Of a DNA stretch of 33,060 nucleotides, positions 22,830 through 33,060 are shown in pieces. The notes under the pieces were generated by a model. It had not been told where the DNA came from. It saw nothing but the letters and a program-made list of their open reading frames with translations, and did not search any database. Origin of the DNA: Sphaeroforma arctica JP610 (lineage: Eukaryota); NCBI RefSeq assembly GCF_001186125.1, contig NW_014040478.1, positions 89,180 to 122,239 on the forward strand, in the 5' to 3' direction. Within the stretch, counting starts at the first letter, position 1. Each line of letters begins with the position of its first letter. The translations under genes were made by a program, and so were the position numbers.

Positions 22830-25800
22830 ATGAAGCCACCGGAGAAGGTGTTACATAAGAGGGCGGATGCAGTATTCGACACGCACCTTCCGACTGCAGG
22901 TTGTTGAGCTCTCTATATTGTGACTACATGTGTCTATAACGAGGTCTGTGTCATTATAAAGAGGTCTATGTCATTACAAGTCTGTAAAGTTACGTGTGTA
23001 TAAAACGAATACTTCATCGTTACGTGGCCTCTGAAGCGTGAATCACCTACTTACGCGTGCCTCTAAAGAGGGTTGTATCATTACGTGTGCCTTTTAAGAG
23101 GTCTATATTGTTACGAACAAGGCTGTGCTTTTACGTTAGCCGTTTATTTAAGCTAGCTGTTCAAATTTATGTGAGATGGTCGATTCAGTGCTGGAGTGGA
23201 ATACTCGTGATCTATTGACGAAAGTTGCTGCTCCGAATGCTTGCACATTTTCTTTCTATTGTGTGTAGTTGTTTGTGGTTATCATCCGAAGCTTATTGTA
23301 GGACTATAAAGTACAATCAAGTAGGTGGCAGTTGTGGACCACTTGTGGTATAAGTAGATAAAGGTTTAGAGAGTGAACAGACTTCACATACATTAACGGA
23401 AGCTCATAGAGAGTGTGACCGCAAATTCTTAGCCGTTTTGTTGAAGGCGAGGTATTGTCAACAATTCAAGGACTCTATGTATGTAGCATGCCTACTCGTG
23501 CGTTCGCAACGTACACTACCTTCAGATTTTCTCACATGATTACTGCTTCAAAAGTGTTCCTATTCTGATAGAGCAATGCTGAACATTCCTATAAATAACC
23601 AGCAATCTGAAAGTATAAAGCTATACAATGTCTATATTTGTCCAGCAATCTGACAGTACAAAGATATACAATATGTATATGTATAACCAATAGAGTGAGG
23701 TGTATCTGGCGGGTGGCAGATTTACAGGGCACTCGGAGGACACGATTGTATTATCAAAAGCTCATAATTATAGCGCCCTGAAAATAAAAAGTACTACGAT
23801 ATATCAAATAACCAGTAGGCGCCACGAGTGAAGTGTGCTCGACATGTGACAAATCCACAGAGCACTCCGAGCACGGAGCTGGCTTCACAAGCTGGTTCGA
23901 CCTGCCCTTGCCCAAATGGATGCTGGCCGGATTCGTACAGAATATTTTGGTGGGGTGCATCGCATTCTGTTTGCCAGGTATTGGCTTGAGCGGTCATGTT
24001 ATCCTATGGCGTGATATCGGCTACTGTCGGCGAATATTATAATGTGTATGATCGCCGCCTGTCTGCCAAGTGATAATATATAGCGGCGTTGCTAATTGAA
24101 TCGATAACCAAGACCATTGAAGTACACGAAAGCGCTTAAATATCCCTGGCTTGCATTTGCTCATTCTTGATTCGGATCCAGTGAGAGGCACAGAGACCAC
24201 CTGAATACTGTTAAAAAGTATCGCATACCAACTTCTGCTATGGCCACCGCTTGTACTTTAAGCTTTCGGATCCAGTACGAATCATAGAGATTACCCGAAT
24301 GCAATTAAGAACACCTCCTTTCAGATTCTTTTATGACCCCAGCTTGCACTAAAAGGTATTGTGTGTTTCCACTTGCGAAGGGATGTTCAACGCCCTCCAA
24401 GGACTTGGAAAGGCTGGTGGCGATGATGAAACGATCGGGGCTGCCATGAATGCTATCTTGTATGCTTGTTTCACCCTGACTGGATTGTTTAGTGGATCGC
24501 TATTCAATCTTCTGGGTACGCAAGTTTTTTTTTAATGCCATTGTATCGCTGCATATAACTCACTAAACATAGCTCATCTACTAAGCCTTCCTGTGCATAT
24601 TGTGTCACTTCTGCCATGTTTACAAGTTTGTCATTCAGCATAGAGTATAATATTTCAATAAGAAATTTTGGACAGCGTGAATATATCCGGCAGAAACTAC
24701 ATCCATCGTTCATATTTTTGTACTATTTTGATAGGCAACAAGATACTGATGGCATTCGGCGGGTCCACGTATGCAATGTACGCCATCGCTGTCTATTTGT
24801 GGGGACATGATGACAGCTTCGCACCGTTGGGATTAACAACAGCTGGTCTTCTGGGTGTCGGTGCAGGTTGCCTCTGTAAGTGCAGCCGTTCAATTTGTCA
24901 ACTCGTGAGGAATTTCTCCGATAAAATGTCCTTAGTGAACAACTTCTAGTGAGTAGACTCGGAAGGAAATGAACAAACCATGGTTAATCGGATATTATTT
25001 GATAACATCAATACGTTGTATTTGCTGTGTCATCGGACCTGTCTGTAGGGACAGCACAAGGGGTGATGACGCTTACCTATTCCACGAAGGAGAAGAAGGG
25101 GCTTTTCACAGCCATCTTTTGGGCCATATTCAACCTGGGAGGAGTTTTTGGAGGCCTCTTGACCTTTGCAATCGGTAAAGAGTTCTTAGTGTTTCGGGTC
25201 TGCAAATGATCTGAGTAATTGTTGTTATCAATACAGTGACATGCAGGTAAATTCTAATCACAGTGCAGTTAGTGCGAGTCTGGTGTAGTCAATTGTGACA
25301 CATCGGCAATGGAGATCGGGGTCAATTTTGCGAATTGGCTAATCAGGACTGATGGATACTACTGAAAATCTAAATGCCGAGAATATTCTGGGGTGTACTC
25401 AATTTTGTTTTATCGGCAATGCCGTAAACAAGGGATATAATGTTGAGGGCGCTGACAATTAAAGAGAAAATGATGGATGTTGCTGAATGTCTGAAAGCCG
25501 TGAATTGTTTGTCGCATACATTAGCGCCTGCATCTCTGCTCCCCACTGTGCGATTCTATAGCTGCCATTCTAAAGCAATCCCGAATGAAGTCTCGTGAAA
25601 CATAAGCACAAAAAATGAATACGCATTTTGTTTTATCTATCAAAAACTATTGAAATGGCACATGGTATCGTTCAATCGGCGACACTGTCAAAAAAAATCA
25701 AAATAGTCACGATAGCTTCACTTCGAACATCAGAATGGCCTGCAGAGAACAGCAGTGCGACAGCCGACACGAATACTACCGAATCCGTTAATGAAATCAG

Positions 25801-28156
25801 CCCAGTGTCTTACTTCGTGCTCGTAGGCGTGATGTGTCTGGGAGTTCTGTGTGCTATGCTGCTACTTGTGCATCCCTCAAAAGTCACCAAATCGAACGGG
25901 GAGAAAGTACACATCGAGCCAGCCAAGCCCTTCCAGGAAGAGATCGCCGACACGTTTTCCTTACTGACAAATGCAAAAATGTGGTTGCTCTCGCTTCTCT
26001 TCGTGCAGTCCAATTGGTATGTGCTTCTAGTATCAATTTGATAGCTCTTTATTCATGATGCTTCTTTATTTATAATCCTGATCAGGCTGCTTGTGGCAAA
26101 CCTGTCATACTTCCCTTCTGATATATACCAAACAACCAATCCCTTGTGGTAATTCACCTCACGAACTCATTCTGCTTCGCAGTCTTAATGATAAGTGGTA
26201 TACCCAAAATCTCGCTTTTACTGTTTGATGGATCATCGATTACCGAGGATAGGACTTGTTCCGCGTGTTTACTAAGCCAGCACGAGCCATACCACAACTC
26301 ACCCTTACAACAATTACTCATCGAATTTCTTTACAGGTATTACACATTCGAATTCAACGCGATCAATGGAAGGTATGTGGATGCTAAATCCTGTGATAAT
26401 AGCTGTTGATAGGTACAGAGAAATCCAATATTCTGCTTTTGTACCTATTTCCTGGTGGTCGCGAACTTGGAATACAATTGCGATAGCTTTTATACAAACC
26501 GATGGTGAAGCGTTTAGAATACAATTTTTTTTTTCTCGATTTCCCTGAAATCAAACAAGTATCGTCTCTCTGACTTCTGTCGTGCATCCAACAGTCTTTT
26601 TCAACCAGCTTCACGTGGACTAAACTCAGCTATGTACTGGAGCATGCAGATGCTTGGATCAATTGTGACCGGTATGAATGATGATGGATAATAAGAAACC
26701 AATTTCGACCTTAAATTATGTATCTACAGTCGATGCTCGATAATTGCAACTTCAATTCTAAAACATTTCGCTCAATATCAATGGGCAACAGAAGACCGCG
26801 TTCCACTAGCGGAGTATCAAAATAAATGAAGATGTAAGCTCATTAATTGTGCGCTCTCATTATATTTACCACGATTCGCAGGTGCCATTATCCTGGATCG
26901 AGATTGGGGGTATGCGGTTCATTTTGATGGACCATTAGTTTCGAGTTCATAAACCAAAGTCTAAAATTGATCAATATCGGAGTTTTTAACTGAGGCGGTT
27001 CGCTATTGTGTACGATAGAGGTGATGGAACTACCGGCACTGGAGTACCAGAAATGAGCACGCTCATACACCACCCGCAACAATCATGCATGCGATTACAG
27101 GAGCATTCGGAACAGCGCTGTATTCGGGCTTGCATTCGTCGGCGTTGTCAATATAGTGCAATGGTCGCTTACCGCGTACTATCAGTTTGCGAACGGCTAT
27201 GCTAGAGGAAACTTCCCAGAGTCCTTATTCAGGTAAGCATCAGAACGGGTACAGGATAGATTCTCCATATCGGATTCCTTTGATCACTTTCTTCAAAACG
27301 GACACGCACTAACACTCGAATTGCAACTCAGTATCACTACTGGAGGCAGCGACTACTGGGTGCCGGCGGCCCTTTTTGCTTTCATGGGGTTCGCTGACGC
27401 CTGTGTACAAACATACGCATACTGGTGAGTGTCGAAACTCCGTTTGACTGTATCTGGTCATTATTTTCCAACTTTGGCGTCCTTCTCCCACCTAATGTTT
27501 TGTAAATCTCATATTTACGGTTAATACACTCAATATTCAAAACAGGATCATTGGTTCCCTGTCGGATTCCACCAACATCACATCCCAATACTTCGGCTAC
27601 TACAAGGCCGTTCAGTCGCTAGGAGCTGCCGTGGCTTGGGGTATTGAATTCGGTATGAAATTTTATCAGAACTCGTTTAAAGATCTTCGCTCGATAGATA
27701 GTCATATGCCGTTTCTTCAGATGAGTGCATTCATTATAGCAGATTCTCTTGACAACGATCATGATGACAAAAATTGCTAGCAGTGTGCCCGATGGGTACA
27801 CATCGCCCTTAAGAGTCAAATCAGAAGCTTGGATGATTTCTGATTCAGGCTGGACAACGAAAATGCTCGTGGTGTGGTACCATCCCACAACCGCAAGCCT
27901 CACGCTGAACAGCTGACAAATTAATCGTTGCTACCACATTCGCTACGGAACGTATCCAGGAGGAGTCTCCTATGACGTCCAGATGGTGATATGCACGGTT
28001 TTGGCCGTGGTATGCCTGCCGCCAGCTTATGTGGTAGCCCTGCGCCTCACAGATTTACCAGCCGTTCCCACTGCTGCTGGTGACATCGTTAGGTTTCCCA
28101 TTGATGATACACACAACGGGCTACAGCATGTTTTCTTGGACACTCTTGAAGACTAA
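22830..28156 (+). CDS. UNC-93-like MFS membrane protein (fungal/plant DUF895-like), about 13 exons
   Basis: In-phase exons give FCLP|GMFNALQGLG, NAILYACF, GVGAGCL|WTAQG...Y...KG...FWAIFNLGGVFG, SNW|YYTFEFN, RGLNSAMYW, DACVQTYAYW|IIGSL, FGYYKAVQSLGAAVAW; stop at 28154-28156. The first exon (22830-22899) is tentative; the structure is secure from about 23816. Confidence 0.92.
22925..23115. repeat. Degenerate minisatellite with a period of about 30 bp
   Basis: About 6-7 diverged units resembling tacgtgtgcctctaaagaggtctatgtcat. Confidence 0.7.
23599..23684. repeat. 43-bp imperfect tandem duplication
   Basis: ccagcaatctgaaagtataaagctatacaat... and ccagcaatctgacagtacaaagatatacaat... Confidence 0.85.
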
Positions 28157-28375
28157 CTGCTTAGCTGCCTGTGAGAGTTACGTTGCATACTCTCTAGAAG
28201 TTTCGTGTGCACGATAAAGGACTACTGCTATACTCTGGCAGCCGAGACTTGCCAAAACATTGCTACACGTGGCACAGCTATAGATACGTAGAATTCGTCC
28301 AGGAATCTTTACTTGCGTACAACTGGTAAACAAACGTACTGAGCGCCATCCTGAGAAATTCGAAGCGCATATTCT

Positions 28376-31121
28376 TCATGCGTCTGCCTTCCATCGAATG
28401 AATGATATTAAACTATAGTAGTCATTCGAGCGGCCGGAGAAGGTGCCCAAAGAATTAACAGATGTAAATTAAATAGAGGCCACAACTTTACCTATCGATT
28501 ATATTATCAAGCAATAGTGCCTCCGACGCAAAGTCCCACTTGTCTGCCTTCTTCTTGTAATCGTTCGAATTGAAGAGTATGCACTGAATGCTCCTGTTCC
28601 CGCGAAGGGCTGGGTCGCACACTTCGCGTACCGTATCATCACAGAATAACACGGTAGAGCCTTCGGGAAGCTGTAAGAGAACAAAAGGAAACAAATTGAG
28701 AATCTGCGAGGAAAACCAGAGGAGCAATATACCGGTATCGTAACACTAAAGACGCCTACATGAATTTATTCATTTAGAGTATCGAATGGGGCGATAAAAA
28801 TAGAGGTACATAGCCCAAGCCCAATCGCAGAAACAAATCCAACGAAGTCGAAAATATTTACTCCCTGGATAGATTTCAAGATTTTAATCCAACGACAAGT
28901 AAAAGGTTCTTTAGAATTCTACCTGTGATATTTTCTTCTGAATGACATCAGCTTTTGTCAACTTCTCCTTATTTTGGCCTAAGCACACCACATTCTCCCC
29001 GGAGAATCCGAAGACAGCAAGAAAGGCCTGTATAGGATTATCGATATATGCAACGTTCAATTTGTTTTAAGAAAACTGCGCTTGTGAAAACCTTTCGATG
29101 GAAATTTGAGAATCATAGTGGCCTGTAAAGTATGTGGTACTGACATACCCGGATGTGTTCGATATGTTTGATATTCTGCTTTGTCACTACCCAAACACTT
29201 GAATGTGTCAGAAGAATCTTCCCCAAGTATTTGTCAATCCCATGTTTGTTCTCGTTAGGTATCTGCCCTCCTCTCGAGCTAGCTAGTGTCTGGTCGAAAT
29301 CTAGGAATACCATAGACGGCTAGTGCCAGAAATTTGGAGTAAGTTTAAAAGTGATTTCGCGCTGCATATCAATTTTTTTTAAAGTTCAATTGCACGCGAG
29401 CTCAAAGTCAGAGGCGAACCATGGTGTCACTTCATAATCACCGCGTAGTGGGTTGACTAGTACTGTCTACTTTGACTAGTAAAGTCTGTACTCTAGGGTC
29501 ACAAACACAGACATCAATAATAGCTACAAAATATTCTGGCAGTTCCAATTTATAGGGGAGCATTATTTACCTTCATTTCTTTGACAAAATACTCTACATC
29601 TGATCCATTTCCTCGAATGATTTGACACTCCGGGCACGACTCTCTCTCACAGGAGAAACATCGCCGGGTGTGTGGGCAAATGGTGCGCGGATTGTTCTTC
29701 TCGAAGGGGCACCTTCCTTCCGACCGAAAATCATCCTGGCACTTCCAACATACCTTGGAATGAATCCATGCCTGATTTCGAGCCAAAACCAAGTATATAA
29801 TGTATATTGAGTAATGACCTCATGGACGGAGGTCGATGTAGCGATTTAACCGTAGTCAGAACTTATCGCATTCTTTCAGTATTCTACAAATTAAATAAAA
29901 CTACACGAGAGACCGCGTATTATTTACCTTGCCAAAGAACCCCTTACAGACACGGCAATCATGGCGCTTGCCCTCTACAGTACAACTTGTGGGAGGCCAG
30001 CCTTCCTCTTTGATGGTATCTCTCATGCGCTGATTGTGAGTATCCACAACCTGCTGGAAGTGCACCATCATCTCGTTCGTGTGGAAATGCTCAGGTATAT
30101 GCCACACACACTCATCCCCGGCGACAAACATGCGCTTGTGAGTTTTAGTGGGGTATCTGATGAAGAATTAGGTAATAATTGGGTCCAGATTTTGGGTTCG
30201 AAATTGATTTACGCAGTGCTTAAAAAAAAAGTTAAGCACCATCTCGAAATGAATAAGACCTTACCTGGAGACACATCTGAAAAGAATATCACAAAAAGAT
30301 TTGCATTTAATATTTTCCGTAAGTATGAAATGCGGTGGTTCAGGTATATGCCAGTACAGAGAGAATAGTCTTCCAGTACTGCACATAGTAGAGCGAGAGG
30401 GTACACAGTACATATATTGCAACAGTTGTCACCTCACCTTGGTATAGTGCAGATCTTCTTTGTGAATTTTCGGACGTCTTTCAGGATATGTATGCAGCCT
30501 CTGAGCACACACAACTGTTGATGCAGATAGATGGACTTCTTTACTTCGGCATCAGTGCCCGATCCTCTTTCTTTGTGATACAGCGCCAGAATTTGTCGAA
30601 GCTCCACCTCCAGATTCTCGCCGCGAATTTGCATATGCTGTATGACCTATGTATAACAAACATGTTTCACCGTTGAGTATTCGATGATAGTTCCCCCCGA
30701 AATGAACTTTCTTTTCTACCACATACAGACGATGCGTAAGGGGTAACTTCTGACCTAAAGGCTCAGCAAGTTCAAAAAATGGGCTGTAAGCAGTAGTCAC
30801 GAGATCTGGTCGGATATGGCTCCCTTGTTTCCAGAGATCGAAAGTATAAACTTGCGCACGGTAGAATATTCGCTTCGTGGTTCAGTTCCTGATTATGGAC
30901 GGATGACTACAACCATACACCTGATACTACTTCATCTATGAATAAAAACTGATTGTATGGTAATTTAAAGTGAAGTACCTTGAGCAAGTGGATTGTTCTG
31001 GCCTCGTCCCGATGAAGCTATGATCTACAGAGCGGCGTATACTGTAGTGCATTAGGCGAATACAATCAACATGTTCATGCTACTTTACCTGATAGCTTTC
31101 GATGCCTTATTCATAAAAAGG

Positions 31122-31166
<45 letters not shown>

Positions 31167-31282
31167 ANTGTATAGTATATATTATATATATATACTACTT
31201 ATTAGTATATAGTATATGTTANNNNNNNNNNNNNNNNNNNNATATATATATATATATACTATATATATATATATATATATAC

Positions 31283-31354
<72 letters not shown>

Positions 31355-31937
31355 AGTTACACGTCGAATAATTTTGAGTGTGCAAAAAAATAGAGGGCAC
31401 GTCAAGGAATCTATCGTGATTACGATGGTATGCCAAATTCAACCTCTAAAGAAGGTCGACCCTTGCTCCAATTTCACAAACGGTGGAGGCCGCGAAGGCA
31501 TCGTGACATACATCACTAAATTTCAGTACGAAAACGTCCATCCAAGCAAGTATGCACGTACCAAAAATCATTCATGTGCATGTGACTCAGTTTATACAAA
31601 TATATCGAAAACTTACTTTTTTATAGTTTATCAGTTCTTCTCTCATCAGATAAGCTTTCACTACGCCCCTCGCATACATCTCACACTGTATATACTCAAC
31701 GATATACTCATCCAGGCCGGTCCGGTCCACCGAGTCCAGCAGAACTTTTAAGCCCCCCATTCTATACAACGCTACGGTGGTGGGGTGTACAGCGAGCACT
31801 GATGGTTCGTTTGCGCTAACAGCGTTGCTAAGTAATCTCCGCTTGAATAAAGTAGGTACAACATAGTAGTCGTATGTACGCACTAGAAGGTATGTGCCTA
31901 CAGCTGATAGACCAGCTGCTAGGATATGGGTGCTCAT
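28376..31937 (-). CDS. Uncharacterised protein: N-terminal hydrophobic anchor, Cys-rich region, C-terminal HAD-superfamily domain
   Basis: About 12 exons join in phase from ATG 31937, including micro-exons 31105-31089 and 30276-30265. HAD motifs: VFLDFDQTL (DFDQT at 29301-29287), WVVT, TKADVI, VLFCDD. Cys cluster: CRVC...CWKC...CP...CPH...CFSC...CPEC. The stop is at 28488 or, with one more exon, 28376. One donor near 30707 is uncertain. Confidence 0.75.
31123..31352. repeat. (TA)n microsatellite with an assembly gap
   Basis: Long TA runs and Ns at about 31222-31241, inside intron 1 of the HAD gene. Confidence 0.97.
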
Positions 31938-32657
31938 AGTGTGCGAATACTAATATATATGTCCGCTTATGTTTAAATGCTCATGTGTTTATAGGCTTGT
32001 ATAAAATGTTTGATTATAATAGTATATGAGTATAATATTAATGTCCCGGTGCCTCGAGTAAGCTTCTGAAGCAATCTGCAATATACATACACGCCCTGAG
32101 GTGCTTTAGTATGCTGAGGACCTCAATACCACATTGATGATTTCTTAGTTGTTGAAATAGACTGTTGGGATTAATGAGTGGATTATTATACTAGCCTATA
32201 TACGTATTCGCCCCACGGTACAGGTATCTGGGCGACGAGAACTTTTTATTTACACAGTGTCATAGTATTGCAGCAACTGGTACACATAGTATTGTTCTAT
32301 ATATCAAATAAATGCATACTGTATAGTGTATAGTGTAAGTGTGTATACTTTAATATGAGGTGTTCCCAAATCTGAAATCCCAGAGCAGTCATAATGGACA
32401 ACTTTATTCTGATTCGTCGAATGCACCATCGTCGTGCTTGCCAGAAACCCCTGAACCCTGTCGGCAAATTCCCTAATAATTTACATTTTTTAGTAAATAC
32501 ATAGAGCTGATAGGCCCTGAGGGCTGAGGATGCATGATGTTTGGTGGAACGCTGCGCAATCTCTCTCTCGTCGATAGCAGGCACGCTTTCATTGTACTAG
32601 CCCCGATAAATATATGTACATATCTGGTGATAACTTGATTTGAAACTGTTAATTAAT

Positions 32658-32855
32658 ATGGCCTCCACTGCAGCACCTCAAACGGGTGCAAAAACCCTAA
32701 AAATAGAACAGGTAGACACACTAGAAGGCAAATTACGAGTAGCCGTAGAAGGATGTTGTCACGGAGAGCTCGACAAAATATACAAAACAATCGCATCCAT
32801 CGAAGAAGCGAAGAAATACAAAATCGACTTACTGCTAATATGTGGTGACTTTCAG
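32658..32855 (+). CDS. DBR1: RNA lariat debranching enzyme, first exon (gene continues beyond the window)
   Basis: [16 protein letters not shown]...[11 protein letters not shown] followed by a GT donor at 32856; this is the DBR1 N-terminal signature. Confidence 0.95.
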
Positions 32856-33029
32856 GTGATTATGAGTCTTCTGTATTGTTGGTGTCAACAATGTTTCACT
32901 TTTGTAATCTGGCGTGTATGTCGCAGAAAATGAGTGAGGACTTGGCTCTACGCTGCATTAGGCTGCTTTGTTAGTCATATATTGAATGCACAATTCAGAA
33001 GGTTGTCGTTCATTTATATTAAGACATAT

Positions 33030-33030
<1 letters not shown>

Positions 33031-33060
<30 letters not shown>
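33031..33060. repeat. (CA)n microsatellite
   Basis: CA run reaching the window end. Confidence 0.95.

Noticed and set aside
22925..23115. CRISPR-like array
   Set aside because: Eukaryotic context, degenerate units, no unique spacers, no cas genes.
31182..31442. IYIYIY ORF
   Set aside because: Translation of the (TA)n microsatellite and assembly gap.

Overview
Intron-rich eukaryotic DNA, probably a protist; a unicellular holozoan is a guess only. Bases 1-10.7 kb are a graveyard of nested, decayed transposons: an hAT transposase remnant, a non-LTR (LINE) endonuclease remnant, and a minus-strand tyrosine-recombinase (DIRS/PAT-like) retrotransposon at about 2201-10718 (gag-RT-RNaseH-methyltransferase-YR, short split direct repeats). 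That element is interrupted by an internal LINE RT fragment and by an AT-rich insert, which itself hosts a PIF/Harbinger element (8045-10309, TAA target duplication). Bases 11.4-33 kb carry five spliced genes: MCM10 (+), a YneE-type bestrophin (-, apparent in-frame TGA), an UNC-93-like MFS protein (+), an uncharacterised membrane-anchor/Cys-rich/HAD protein (-), and the first exon of DBR1 (+). Exon structures and translations outside the ORF track were read by hand; no database searches were run.
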